Origin: Candidatus Omnitrophota bacterium
Lineage (GTDB): Bacteria > Omnitrophota > Gorgyraeia > JAHJTE01
Assembly (NCBI GenBank): GCA_018830005.1
Contig: JAHJTE010000003.1
Span: 7,674-71,673, forward strand
Reading direction: 5' to 3'
Length of the DNA: 64,000 nucleotides
This document shows, one piece after another, positions 40,204 through 50,700 of this stretch. Below the pieces are notes generated by a model. It was not told where the DNA came from and searched no databases. It saw only the letters and a list, made by a program, of their open reading frames with translations. Each line of letters opens with the position of its first letter. The stretch's first letter is position 1. Position numbers and translations under genes: made by a program.

Positions 40204-40725
40204 TTAATCAGATCTTAAATATATACCCAATTCCAAAGACGCCTTTAAATTAGGCAGTGACTCTTCAGCTCTGGTAATCTCCAATTGTTTAAGCACAACA
40301 ACACTCTTCTCCAGGCCTTCTAAAGCTCCCAAGAAGCTACCCAAGGCCTTAAAATCGCAAACTGATTCGATAGCTATAGGTAAAATCTGATAATCCTCTC
40401 CCAGGCTTATTATCTTCTCTGGTTTTACAGAATCTAAATTAATACCTAATGTACTTGCTACTTTCGTCAATTCATCTAGGGCCCCTAGTTCATCCTCAGA
40501 ATAAGAAATAATCCTTGCCTTTATCTTATCGCTGAGAGCAATTTGCTCTTTTACCTTTAGGAGTTCTCCATACTGCTGGTTATATCGTGCATTCAATTCA
40601 CCTAGACTCTTAGCTAAAGGAATATAGATAAAAATAAGGGAAAATATTAAAATAATAAAGAGGATTCCAGTAATAATGATAAATCTGTTATTTATAAATA
40701 TCTTCTTTAGGCTAAACTTAGGCAT
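40204..40725 (-). CDS. PilO/GspM-like bitopic protein (paralog 2)
   Basis: Single TM then coiled coil and periplasmic domain, 173 aa, between PilMN and PilP-like genes. Confidence 0.55.
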   Translation of the reverse strand: MPKFSLKKIFINNRFIIITGILFIILIFSLIFIYIPLAKSLGELNARYNQQYGELLKVKEQIALSDKIKARIISYSEDELGALDELTKVASTLGINLDSVKPEKIISLGEDYQILPIAIESVCDFKALGSFLGALEGLEKSVVVLKQLEITRAEESLPNLKASLELGIYLRSD

Positions 40726-40734
40726 TGGAAAGAA

Positions 40735-42438
40735 TTACTCCACCTGACATTTTAATTTAAATTCTACTCTTGGAAATTTCTCATCCTTTACTCTTTTGCT
40801 CTGGATGAGACTAACATTTTTAAAAATTCCTTTCTCTAGAGAAAGCATAAAATCAGAAAGCACATCTTCCGTGCTTTCAATCTTAGAGATAATCACCCCT
40901 TCAAAGAGCAATTCTTCCTTATCATAAGAAAGGCGCTCAAGATAAATATTCTTTGGAATGACATTGCTTATTTCACGAAAGACTTCCATCCAGCGCGGCT
41001 CTCGCGCATAGATCTGGCCCACTATTCCTTTAAGCGAGGCCTCTTTCTGTCTATAGCGCTGGCTGTAGATTTGAGCCTCAATCGCACCCAGACGCCTAAT
41101 CATGCCGCTATGGGCAAACTTCATTCCGAGAAATATTACCAGAGCCATTATAACAAATAACGTAATAATCAACTCAGAGGTTAATCTTTTTATAAATAGC
41201 TTATTCTGCTCTTTTATCTCTTCTGGCAGCAGATTGATCTCTGGGGTGCCGGTTTTAAACTGATTTATCATGCTTTTGGCAGCACCAATACAGGCAAAGA
41301 AAGTTACTGCTTTATTTAGCTCCTCTTGGCTTCTGTAGTCTGAACTAGGAACTTGGCTAAAAGGATCGCCTAGCTCAACCAGAATGCCCAAACTCTGTGC
41401 CAGGAAGGCATCCACGCCTTTAAGATTCGCCCCTCTGCCAATTAGGACGAGGCGGCTTACAGAAGATGCCTGAAACTCCTCATAGTAATAATCAAAGGAA
41501 TGCGTAATCTCGCTAGCTAATTTTTCTATTTCTGGACGGATTAACGATAGCACCTGACTGCAGGTTATATTTTTACCTGCAATTGACTCACTCCCTGCTT
41601 TGGGTATTCCGCACTCTTTCTTAATCTGCTCTGCCTCGGCGAAACTTAAGGTAACCCTCCCCTTTTGTGTTTCCAAAACTGTAGTCATTGCCTTTGTAAT
41701 ACTGCTTCCTGTAACTGGCAGCTGACGAGAAAAAACAAACTTACTGCCTCTATTTATAATCAGTTGCGTATGAGACGTTCCTAGATCAACAAAGGCCACT
41801 GTCTCATCGCCTGCTGTATCAGGCTTCAATAAATTATACTCAATACAAGTTGAGAGACTCACAAATGATGACGGAGTTACCTTGACCTCTTTAAAAAGGT
41901 ACAGGTAATGATTAATCGTATCTTTTGAAAAAGCAACAGTGAAAATTTCATCTTTAGTCTCACCTTCTACATCTACCTTACCAATAATCTTAAAATCAAT
42001 ACAGGCTTCTTCTAATGAAAAATTAATAAAATCCTTCATCTTCCAATGTATTGCCTGTTTAAGCTCATTATCGCTAATTAAAGGAGTAAGGATTCTTTTT
42101 TCAATACCCTTAATATCGCCCACCACGCAAATCACTTTTGTCCTTTTAAGATCCTTATCCGCAAAGACCTTTTTTAGGGCCTTTATTATCTCCTTATTCT
42201 TTTCCTTATCTGTCTTATCGTTACCTCTTGTAGAAGAAATAGCTATCATCTCAGAGCTTGAAAGATACCAATCGCCTCCTCTGCGCTGCCTCTTAAACTG
42301 AACAACCTTTATATCTTGGCATCCAATATCTACAGCCACAATCAGCTCTACCTCAAGGCCTACAGGAAGAACCTCACCCAGCAAGCTTATAGAAGTCGCC
42401 TTGATTTTACTAACTAATTTTGCAACATCAATCTTCAT
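40735..42438 (-). CDS. PilM-PilN fusion (GspL-like architecture), paralog 2
   Basis: Actin-like PilM/FtsA-type N-terminal domain, TM helix at about residue 420, PilN-like C-terminal region; 567 aa. Confidence 0.65.
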   Translation of the reverse strand: MKIDVAKLVSKIKATSISLLGEVLPVGLEVELIVAVDIGCQDIKVVQFKRQRRGGDWYLSSSEMIAISSTRGNDKTDKEKNKEIIKALKKVFADKDLKRTKVICVVGDIKGIEKRILTPLISDNELKQAIHWKMKDFINFSLEEACIDFKIIGKVDVEGETKDEIFTVAFSKDTINHYLYLFKEVKVTPSSFVSLSTCIEYNLLKPDTAGDETVAFVDLGTSHTQLIINRGSKFVFSRQLPVTGSSITKAMTTVLETQKGRVTLSFAEAEQIKKECGIPKAGSESIAGKNITCSQVLSLIRPEIEKLASEITHSFDYYYEEFQASSVSRLVLIGRGANLKGVDAFLAQSLGILVELGDPFSQVPSSDYRSQEELNKAVTFFACIGAAKSMINQFKTGTPEINLLPEEIKEQNKLFIKRLTSELIITLFVIMALVIFLGMKFAHSGMIRRLGAIEAQIYSQRYRQKEASLKGIVGQIYAREPRWMEVFREISNVIPKNIYLERLSYDKEELLFEGVIISKIESTEDVLSDFMLSLEKGIFKNVSLIQSKRVKDEKFPRVEFKLKCQVE

Positions 42439-42454
42439 ATAATTCTTCTGACCC

Positions 42455-44095
42455 TTAAGGGATTTCTCGCCAGTATTTCTGCAAGTTAGAATCTTCTAAA
42501 AATGTATCTAAATACTTATTGCCGTCGTCTTTAATCACCATCTTCACGCGTCGGGAAACATTGCCTTTTTTACCTACAGCATCTATCAGGAAACTATTTG
42601 TATAGTAGGAAAATTCCGTTGAGTTACAATTTACATAGGTATCTGGCATATCTGCTCTGGGTGCTAACCAAGAGCTATCAGCATAATTTAATATCCTATT
42701 CTTTTGATCATCAGTTAAGGAAAGTCCCATAATAAAATCATAAAAATCAGTAGTTACTGAAGAATCGGAATTGTAAAAACAGGTGAATGGAGCGATATTT
42801 CTTTTATTGATAATTTCAGTAGCCAAGGTTCTGGATAAGGTTGTCCCGAGAAACGTATCAAATATTGCCTCTAAGACTAGACTTGAAGCGGTATTGATAT
42901 TAACCGGCGCCCTAGCAGCGTCTCTTTCGAATCTATTGCTTCCCAGATCAGGACGACGTACAGCGTAACCATTTACATAGGAATAGACCGTAATATAATC
43001 TTTAATTTGCTCAAATTCTGCCTGGCTCAAAGCAGGATCTAGAGATATATTTTTTATTTCTTCGATTGAGCCAAAAGGTTTATCATCTGAACCCAGCCAA
43101 CCCAACTCATCTGTCTCGTCAGTAAATCCATCTGCATCGTCATTAACACCAGCTACACCAGGCCGTAGATCTGGGCCGTTTCGGTAAGCTACAACTGCTG
43201 TGGCAATATTCGCTGCTCGTGTTGAACCTATCCCGGCCTTTCTGAACAGCCATTGCAAAAAAGCGATATTACCATAACGCGAAGCATAATTTATATTCAC
43301 CTTGCTTGATTCGTCAATTATATCTACGGATTCTATTTCACCCTCACTTAAAGTAATATTATTGAATCCCGAATACCAATCTTCAGTATTGGTATCTATC
43401 TCATATTCCACTCTTAAAAAGAGGTAATCCAGCTCTACATCCCTATTGCTAGAACCACGCGCCAAGGCCCTTATTCTAAAATTTGGACTGTTTATAATCG
43501 ACCAATCCCAGCTCCTGTCGCGAGTTATATCTACATATCCAAAGCTATAAGAGGTTGAACTAACCTGAAATCTACCAGTTCTATTTCCTGGTTCTGGAAA
43601 TACACCTGTTGTTGTATATGATATATCTAACCTTGGATTTTTTCCTCCACTAGAACTCTTTCTAAATCTTACTCCAATCTCCACATTTTTTATGCGCGTG
43701 CCCAAATAATTTCTATCAAAATCATAGACTATTACATCAGTGCCCGGATTTTGCGCATCCATAGTAAGATATCCATCAACTGTCTCTGCATAGTAGCGCA
43801 CGCGATTTCTTTCTGCCTCATCTGCCCCTGCAGAACCTTCTGTTCTGACTCCTCTTAAATCCGCAGTGCCAGTCTGAGTAGTAGTTAAGACATCATCTCG
43901 AATCTCTCTTATGCCCTGCTCTATTCCTGCCTCAGCCAAGGCAAGTGCCTTAGCATAATCAAGATTGTTAGCTGCCTGGCGCATTTCAGTAGTAGCAATA
44001 AACAAATACACCGCAACAATAACAGTCAATAAAACAAAGAACAAAAGGATTGTAATTAGTATAAAACCGCTTCGGTTAGCGGAAGGAAAATACAT
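42455..44095 (-). CDS. PilX-N-terminal-domain pilus-associated large protein (PilX/PilY/GspK-like minor pilin or tip protein)
   Basis: N-terminal RSGFILITILLFFVLLTVIVAV hydrophobic segment typical of the PilX_N domain, 546 aa mostly beta-rich extracellular region. Confidence 0.55.
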   Translation of the reverse strand: MYFPSANRSGFILITILLFFVLLTVIVAVYLFIATTEMRQAANNLDYAKALALAEAGIEQGIREIRDDVLTTTQTGTADLRGVRTEGSAGADEAERNRVRYYAETVDGYLTMDAQNPGTDVIVYDFDRNYLGTRIKNVEIGVRFRKSSSGGKNPRLDISYTTTGVFPEPGNRTGRFQVSSTSYSFGYVDITRDRSWDWSIINSPNFRIRALARGSSNRDVELDYLFLRVEYEIDTNTEDWYSGFNNITLSEGEIESVDIIDESSKVNINYASRYGNIAFLQWLFRKAGIGSTRAANIATAVVAYRNGPDLRPGVAGVNDDADGFTDETDELGWLGSDDKPFGSIEEIKNISLDPALSQAEFEQIKDYITVYSYVNGYAVRRPDLGSNRFERDAARAPVNINTASSLVLEAIFDTFLGTTLSRTLATEIINKRNIAPFTCFYNSDSSVTTDFYDFIMGLSLTDDQKNRILNYADSSWLAPRADMPDTYVNCNSTEFSYYTNSFLIDAVGKKGNVSRRVKMVIKDDGNKYLDTFLEDSNLQKYWREIP

Positions 44096-44167
44096 TATCT
44101 AAATTCCAAAATCCCTGCTCTTGAGAACAGACAGGCAAATGGTAAAATTCACTTAATTTTTCTTGAT

Positions 44168-44692
44168 CTATAAATTCCTCAACTTAACATTAAACCGTAA
44201 TTTAATAACCTCATCATCAATCTGGCTTTGGATATCAACCTTAAGCGCTCGGATCAAAGATAGAGTTATGGGCTGGCTAAGAGGTTGACTATTCTGATCA
44301 AAATAAGTGATTGAAAAAATATCTACATTTTCTAAAATTTCTTGATTTAAACCAGGACCTTGACTGCGATAAAGCCCATCTCCTGCTAGGCCTGACCAAG
44401 AAAAAGCTATATCTTCTAGAGCTGTCTCTTTCAGGCCATTGTCATTTAAATCTTTCCAAAAAGTAATTTGATTATCACCCGCATCACTAATCTCAAGGCC
44501 AGCTCTTAACTCCTTAAGCATGCTTTCAACTACATTTGAAGCTGTAAGCCTAGCCTCAGTATGGCCAGATTCAACTGGCCAGGAGCGAAAAAGCGACATG
44601 CTTATCAGAGTTACGGCTGAAATCAAGACGCTAATCAGCCCAACACTTACAAGCACCTCAATTAAGGTTAAACCGCGATTGGAAATAGACAT
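44168..44692 (-). CDS. prepilin-type minor pilin/pseudopilin (PilW/GspJ-like)
   Basis: MSISNRG|LTLIEVLV class III signal with Glu+5; 174 aa. Confidence 0.75.
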   Translation of the reverse strand: MSISNRGLTLIEVLVSVGLISVLISAVTLISMSLFRSWPVESGHTEARLTASNVVESMLKELRAGLEISDAGDNQITFWKDLNDNGLKETALEDIAFSWSGLAGDGLYRSQGPGLNQEILENVDIFSITYFDQNSQPLSQPITLSLIRALKVDIQSQIDDEVIKLRFNVKLRNL

Positions 44693-44707
44693 TTTGCGAC
44701 TTTGCTA

Positions 44708-45064
44708 TTAAATATCCGAAACGTAACTTGCTAAACTAATGCTAACCTCACCGCCCTTAGCCTGCCAGAAAACATCTATTTGGACTTCTTTCAATCCTGA
44801 CTGTATTGCCGAAACCTGCACTTCTCGTTCGTAATCAGAAAAGTCAGGGACCTGGGCTCTAGTCTCATTAGCTACGTTGGCAAAGGTGAGATTTCTTATA
44901 TCTTCTAATTTCTCCTCAAGCAAATTCTTTGCTTGCGCAAACTCCTTTACCTGAGTGCTTTCTGAAAGACCGATGGAAAAAGAATTTACTAAACCCACAA
45001 GACCTATAGAAAGCAACACTGTTGCCAAGAGCAATTCCAGGAGACTAAAGCCTTTTTCTTTCAC
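44708..45064 (-). CDS. prepilin-type minor pilin/pseudopilin (PilV/GspI-like)
   Basis: MKEKG|FSLLELLLATVLL class III signal with Glu+5; 118 aa. Confidence 0.75.
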   Translation of the reverse strand: MKEKGFSLLELLLATVLLSIGLVGLVNSFSIGLSESTQVKEFAQAKNLLEEKLEDIRNLTFANVANETRAQVPDFSDYEREVQVSAIQSGLKEVQIDVFWQAKGGEVSISLASYVSDI

Positions 45065-45083
45065 TTCTTGAATATCTCAAAGA

Positions 45084-45533
45084 TTAAGGCTTAGTACCGT
45101 TTGTTGCATAGACATCATCGCCAATAGTACCTGCGATTACACCAGTTGCTGAGCTTATGCCAGTAATGGTTGAAGTACCATCCGGACCATCAGACCATAT
45201 TACATAGAATTCTCCTCCTCCATCAGTGTCAAATTTATATTCAACACCAGTATTACTAAAAGGGTCAATAAGTTCACTTTCGATAAGCTGTGGGCTTGTT
45301 GCTACTAATTCATCCTGCCAGTCATCTGCGTTGGCATCATCAGGAAACACGCCATGGTGTATCCTATATGCCTCAACCGCAGCCTTTAAAGCAGCAGTTT
45401 CTCCTGCTGCCACAGCAGTATTTGCCTCATCCCGCATACCCAGGAATCTGGGAACAGTAATCCCTACGAGAATTGCAATAACCGCAATGACAATTAACAA
45501 CTCAATCAACGTAAAACCTGCTAACCTTCTCAT
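45084..45533 (-). CDS. type IV major pilin (PilA/GspG-like); likely true start at internal Met (MRRLAGFTLIELL)
   Basis: Class III signal MRRLAG|FTLIELLIVIAVIAIL, Glu+5, C-terminal Ser/Thr/Gly-rich tail; ORF track extends 12 codons upstream with no pilin-like leader. Confidence 0.85.
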   Translation of the reverse strand: MRRLAGFTLIELLIVIAVIAILVGITVPRFLGMRDEANTAVAAGETAALKAAVEAYRIHHGVFPDDANADDWQDELVATSPQLIESELIDPFSNTGVEYKFDTDGGGEFYVIWSDGPDGTSTITGISSATGVIAGTIGDDVYATNGTKP

Positions 45534-45600
45534 AAAGCCACCTCCATAAGATTTAGCGCCGATTGTCATCTGATCGAACAGATGACCTTAATCGACGAAT

Positions 45601-46830
45601 TTAATGTTTTAGGGCCCTTATTACCTTCACCATATCAAATACAGGCATTAACATCGAGGCCATAATAAAAGCAACTATACCGCCGATTATCAACAAAAAC
45701 AAAGGCTCAATAAAACTAATCAACCGTCTCAGATGATAATCGATAAGACGCTCGTAATAATCAGACAGCTTAAAACACATTTCAGCTATGTTTCCGCTTT
45801 GTTCGCCCGCTGAAATCATCTGCAAGACATCAGCAGGAAAATGACCGCTCATCTTCAAGGACTCAGAAAGCATAGCGCCTTCTTCTACTAATCGCATGCT
45901 TGCCTCAATTGTCCTTGAGATCACTACATTACCCATCACCTCCTTTGAAACCTCCAAAGACTTTAATATCGGTACACCACTTGCTTCCATGGTTGCCAGT
46001 GTACGGCTAAAACGAGAAATACTTAAACGTCGAAAAATAGATCCTAAAAGCGGCAGTTTTAATTTTAATCCATCAAAATAAATTCTGCCTTTTTTAGTAT
46101 TAATAATCCATTTTAACACAAAGATTAAAATAAAAATAGCAATTAAAAACAATAACCAGTGACTTCGTATAGAAATGCCTACGTTATTCAAGATTCTAGT
46201 AGATAGAGGCAAGTTAATATTTGCCTTTTGAAAGATTGTAATAAAATTTGGAACCACAAAGCTGGTGATGAATATTATTAACGCTGCGCTGGCAACAGTT
46301 AAGAGCGCAGGATAAAACAAGGCTGATTTAACCTTGGAACGCAGCTCGAAATCTGACTCAGCAAATTGAGAAAACCTGGCTAAGACGTCAGACAACTTTC
46401 CGCTTGTCTCCCCTGCCTTAACCATATGCACTAGAAGCTTGGGAAAAACTCGACCTTGATTATCTAGGGCCTTGGATAGGCTCGAGCCAGATTCGATTTG
46501 CCGAGCAATATTTTCTAATACAGCTTTAAAACGCTTATTTGTAATCTGTCCGGCCAAGGTAGTGAGTGTGCCTAAAATTGGAAGTCCAGAATGAATAAGA
46601 TTCGCAAATTGAATATAAAATATAAGTTTCTCTGTTTGGCTGATAGAGGAAAACCTGTTGAACCAATCATTGATATTGATTCCAGCTACGCCCTTAGCCC
46701 TTAAATCAATGACTAAATAATCCATCTTATGCAGTTTATCAATCGCCTCATTCTGCGACTCGGCCTGGAAATTACCCTTTATTAAATTGCCTTTTTTGTC
46801 TCTAGCTTTATAAACAAAAACTCCTGACAT
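45601..46830 (-). CDS. type IV pilus/T2SS platform protein (PilC/GspF family), copy 2
   Basis: 409 aa, duplicated GspF domain, 3 TM helices, diverged from copy 1 but same architecture. Confidence 0.88.
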   Translation of the reverse strand: MSGVFVYKARDKKGNLIKGNFQAESQNEAIDKLHKMDYLVIDLRAKGVAGININDWFNRFSSISQTEKLIFYIQFANLIHSGLPILGTLTTLAGQITNKRFKAVLENIARQIESGSSLSKALDNQGRVFPKLLVHMVKAGETSGKLSDVLARFSQFAESDFELRSKVKSALFYPALLTVASAALIIFITSFVVPNFITIFQKANINLPLSTRILNNVGISIRSHWLLFLIAIFILIFVLKWIINTKKGRIYFDGLKLKLPLLGSIFRRLSISRFSRTLATMEASGVPILKSLEVSKEVMGNVVISRTIEASMRLVEEGAMLSESLKMSGHFPADVLQMISAGEQSGNIAEMCFKLSDYYERLIDYHLRRLISFIEPLFLLIIGGIVAFIMASMLMPVFDMVKVIRALKH

Positions 46831-46854
46831 AAATCTCCTTTGGCGGTATTTATA

Positions 46855-48549
46855 TTATTCTTCCGTAACCCTCATTATTTCTTCAATAGTGGTAATACCA
46901 GAGGTGATTTTGTTTAAACCTGCTTCTCTTAAACTACGCATGCCTAATCTTGCAGCAGTTAGACGGATAGCACTGGTAGATACCTTATTTATAGCGAGGT
47001 CTTTAATCGCCTCGTGCATAATAAGCAGTTCAAAAATCGCTGCCCTGCCGTGAAAACCAGTATCAAAACACTTCTTGCAGCCCTTTGCCTGATAAAAATT
47101 CTTTGTAGATAACTCTTTTTTCTTTGGAATATTAAGACTTGCCAGGACCTTATCAGAAACATTATAGCTGGCTTTGCAGTCCGGACAAAGCCGCCTTACC
47201 AACCTCTGCGCAATTATACCAATAACTGATGAGGCGATCAGAAAAGGTTCTATGCCCATATCAATAAGGCGCGTTATTGCTCCTGGCGCGTCGTTTGTAT
47301 GCAAGGTCGATAACACCAGATGCCCTGTTAAGGCAGAATGTATGGCAATCTCGGCTGTCTCTTTATCGCGAATCTCTCCTACCATTATTATATCCGGATC
47401 CTGGCGTAAAATCGAACGCAATCCATTTGCAAACGTAAGATTTACCTTTGGATTGACCTGAATTTGACGTACTCCTTCAAGATGGTATTCTACAGGATCC
47501 TCAATAGTAATAATATTCTTATCCGCAGAGTTTATCTTACTTAAAGAGGCATAGAGCGTAGTTGTCTTTCCACTACCTGTTGGTCCTGTAACCAGAATAA
47601 TGCCGTGGGGCCTTGTGATTAATTGGGAATATTTTTCCAGTTCCTCATTTTCAAAACCTAAATCTGTCAAACTAAAATTTAGCTGTGTAGTATCAAGTAA
47701 TCTTAAAACGATATTCTCCCCGAAAACAGTAGGAACAGTCGAGACCCTAATATCAATGCGCCTATTTTCAAGTTTTACCTGAAAGCGGCCATCCTGAGGA
47801 ATTCTGCGCTCTGAAATATCAAGATTGGCAAGTATCTTTATGCGAGAAATCACTGCCTGCTGCAAGTGCTTTGGCGGAGACTCTACTTCATGCAACATGC
47901 CATCAATGCGATAACGCACTCTTATCGTATCTTCTTCTGGCTCAATGTGGATATCGCTTGCCTCTTCTTTAATTGCCTTCATTACAAGAAGATTTACTAG
48001 TCTAATAAGGGGCGGTTCCTGCGCCAGATTCTGGAGACGTTTGACTGAGACTTCTTTACCTGCCTTTAAATCATTTTCTACTTGCTCTAATTCTTCTACA
48101 ATCTGATCAATGCTTGTCTTGGCTCCATAGTAAGACTCAATCGCCTTGCGGATATCGGATTCCTTAGCGACTACAGCCTCAATAGTAAGTCCAGACATCA
48201 TGCGAATCTTATCCTGGGCAACAATATTTAGTGGCTCGGCCATAGCGCAGGTTAGAGTGTTGGCGATTTTAAAAACCGGCATAAGTTCATATTGCTGCGC
48301 AACCTCTCTGGGCACAAATTGTAATATCGCAGGGTCAATCAAATAACTGCTTAAATCAATACTGGGAATCCCTAAATGCGAACTTAAAAAAGAGACAAAA
48401 GAATCTTCATCTATAAATTCCAGCTTAAGAATTGCTTTGCGCAGGGAAATACCAGCTCTTTTTGCTTCTTTTTCAGCCTGTTTAACCTGTTCTTGAGTAA
48501 TCAGTCCTGTCTGGACCAAACTCTGTATTAAAGACTTCTTTTCCTTCAT
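46855..48549 (-). CDS. type IV pilus/T2SS assembly ATPase (PilB/GspE family) with N-terminal T2SSE_N domain, copy 2
   Basis: 564 aa, Walker A GPTGSGKTTTL, tetracysteine motif, N-terminal MshEN-like domain; paralogous to 38048-39757. Confidence 0.92.
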   Translation of the reverse strand: MKEKKSLIQSLVQTGLITQEQVKQAEKEAKRAGISLRKAILKLEFIDEDSFVSFLSSHLGIPSIDLSSYLIDPAILQFVPREVAQQYELMPVFKIANTLTCAMAEPLNIVAQDKIRMMSGLTIEAVVAKESDIRKAIESYYGAKTSIDQIVEELEQVENDLKAGKEVSVKRLQNLAQEPPLIRLVNLLVMKAIKEEASDIHIEPEEDTIRVRYRIDGMLHEVESPPKHLQQAVISRIKILANLDISERRIPQDGRFQVKLENRRIDIRVSTVPTVFGENIVLRLLDTTQLNFSLTDLGFENEELEKYSQLITRPHGIILVTGPTGSGKTTTLYASLSKINSADKNIITIEDPVEYHLEGVRQIQVNPKVNLTFANGLRSILRQDPDIIMVGEIRDKETAEIAIHSALTGHLVLSTLHTNDAPGAITRLIDMGIEPFLIASSVIGIIAQRLVRRLCPDCKASYNVSDKVLASLNIPKKKELSTKNFYQAKGCKKCFDTGFHGRAAIFELLIMHEAIKDLAINKVSTSAIRLTAARLGMRSLREAGLNKITSGITTIEEIMRVTEE

Positions 48550-48576
48550 AGGATCCTTCCTTTAACCGCCTTTTAA

Positions 48577-50700
48577 TTAATCCGCAGCCTTGGGTACCGT
48601 AAACATTTCATCAATGACGCTATCAATATCTCTCTGCATACCTCTTCTATACCATCCGGGAATCCTGCGCTCAAGTGAGCGCTTAAAATCATTTCTGACC
48701 CAACTCAGTCTGGGAGTATGTATCGTGCCTCTTAAGGTAAAAGGAAACTCTACAAATGGTGAAACATCTCCAATTACCTTAAGTAATTTCTTAAATTGAG
48801 CCGATTCTGCCAAGACCTCCTGACTAAATTGCGCGCTAAAGTAACCAGAGACCTGATTATCATTATTAATATGCATATTTGTTTTTAAAATTGCGTCTTT
48901 TCCCCAGCTCTTGAGTCCATATCTGTAAATTCCTTGTTCTAGAAATGAAAAATTTAACTGCATTCTATCAAAATCAATAACCTTTAAAGATTTAATCTTC
49001 ATGTATTCTGATAAACCTAATAAAATAGCTGTTTCTTTAAGCTGGCCGTCTTGTATTAATAATACACCTTCGCAGAATTGATTGCCTTGCGAACGGACAA
49101 ATAACTTTGCAGAGACTTCACCTAAAAGATTGTAGGGCAAATTAAGGCTGGTCTGAATCTCGGCAGCATTGATTCCTTCTGCATGCAATCGTAATGTATG
49201 CTTATAGACTGGAGAGGATTCAATATTAAGATCGCCGGAAACCTTACCGTTAAAACCAGAAAGAAGAATGTTTTTAATCTCAAGGCCTTTTTCGTTAAAA
49301 TCCAGATTAGCAGACAGATTAGAAAAATTCAATTGCTTATCCTTCTCCCCCTCTGCCTTCTTAGCCAGGACTGAAAAGATTATTCCATTGATCGACAATA
49401 AACCTTTATCTTCCTCCTGCGAAAACTTAAAATCCTCAATCTTCAAAGAATTTAAATTGTTATCTGCTGACTCAAAAGTAACCTCTGCGTTGCCTAGAAT
49501 ACAAGGACCCTTCTTCTTGAAAAGAGCCTTTGCCTCTATTGAACGCGGCAAGAAGGCAATGGCCTTATCAGGGTCTTTTATGATGATATCTGCGGTTAAC
49601 TTTATTATATCTTTCTTTTGGCGAATTTCACTATTTAATCTAAGCGGTATATCATTGACAATGAAGAACAGATTATCTACTTTTAGCCCCCTATCTGTCA
49701 AATAGACCTTTCCTACAATATTTTTAACTAATGGCAAGGGCGCATAATGAGAACTCGCACCCAAGAAATTTAAGGCTAGGACAAATTTCAAATCATCAAC
49801 AGGGCCTCTGACATTAGCAGCTAAATTAAAGGTACCATGTGTGCCAAAATCCTTAACTAGAGATTGTATGTTCTCAATAGAAAGATTGCTGGAATTGATA
49901 ATGACATTAATCAAGGGTGTCTTGCTTTTAAAATTTTTAACCAGGGCATTACCCGTAATATGATCATAGCCTAGGGACAGATCGAATCTCTCAACAAGAA
50001 ATTCGTTATCTTTCAAATTCGCCAAAAACTCATAACCTAAATTCTGAACTAATAGCTCCCTTCTAAAAAACCGCGCAAACGAAGAATCTGGTAAAAACTT
50101 ACACTCTATAGTAAGCGAACCTTGAGAGAATATTTCCTCCTTACGGATAAGAATACGCCCCCCAAGTTTAGCAAGCCATACCCCACCTTGGTCTTGCGAA
50201 CTATCAATAAAAATAAACTTTAATGCCTTAACAATAACGTTAGGATTTTTAAAATCAACCTCTAAAGGGATAATCTGATTTTTTAAAAATTCTTCGTAAG
50301 CTGCCTTGGCGATTGCTGCTAATCTATCCAGGCTCTTGAAATCCTTGTCTACATAGACAGCCGCGTCTTTACATCTTAATCTATTAACGTTGAGCTTCTT
50401 AAGGAAAACATCAAAGGCGTCAAAACCAAAGCTGAGCCTCTTGGCCTTAAAGAGCAGTTTTGGCGGAGTGGAATTATCTATTACTGCCAGGTTATGAAGG
50501 GTTATGCCGCTTACAACATCAAAAGTAACTGCAGAAAGATAAATCTTACCCAGAGACTCATCGATATTATTATTTATCTTGCTAGTATAGCGGAAGAGAA
50601 ATAAAGACAGGTAGAGCTGAATTATAATAACGAAGCAAAGGAGGAAAAATATTATGCTTAATATGCGTTTAGGGCGAAACGCTAAGGAAAAGTTTATCAT
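48577..50700 (-). CDS. large N-terminally membrane-anchored periplasmic protein (AsmA-like? hypothetical)
   Basis: 707 aa, single N-terminal TM, long beta-rich region; directly downstream of pilB copy 2. Confidence 0.35.
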   Translation of the reverse strand: MINFSLAFRPKRILSIIFFLLCFVIIIQLYLSLFLFRYTSKINNNIDESLGKIYLSAVTFDVVSGITLHNLAVIDNSTPPKLLFKAKRLSFGFDAFDVFLKKLNVNRLRCKDAAVYVDKDFKSLDRLAAIAKAAYEEFLKNQIIPLEVDFKNPNVIVKALKFIFIDSSQDQGGVWLAKLGGRILIRKEEIFSQGSLTIECKFLPDSSFARFFRRELLVQNLGYEFLANLKDNEFLVERFDLSLGYDHITGNALVKNFKSKTPLINVIINSSNLSIENIQSLVKDFGTHGTFNLAANVRGPVDDLKFVLALNFLGASSHYAPLPLVKNIVGKVYLTDRGLKVDNLFFIVNDIPLRLNSEIRQKKDIIKLTADIIIKDPDKAIAFLPRSIEAKALFKKKGPCILGNAEVTFESADNNLNSLKIEDFKFSQEEDKGLLSINGIIFSVLAKKAEGEKDKQLNFSNLSANLDFNEKGLEIKNILLSGFNGKVSGDLNIESSPVYKHTLRLHAEGINAAEIQTSLNLPYNLLGEVSAKLFVRSQGNQFCEGVLLIQDGQLKETAILLGLSEYMKIKSLKVIDFDRMQLNFSFLEQGIYRYGLKSWGKDAILKTNMHINNDNQVSGYFSAQFSQEVLAESAQFKKLLKVIGDVSPFVEFPFTLRGTIHTPRLSWVRNDFKRSLERRIPGWYRRGMQRDIDSVIDEMFTVPKAAD

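Noticed and set aside
45534-45569. N-terminal 12-codon extension (MTIGAKSYGGGF) of the pilin ORF in the six-frame track
   Set aside because: Type IV prepilin leaders are short and end in Gly immediately before the hydrophobic FTLIE segment. The internal Met (MRRLAGFTLIEL) gives a canonical leader, so the extension is most likely not translated.
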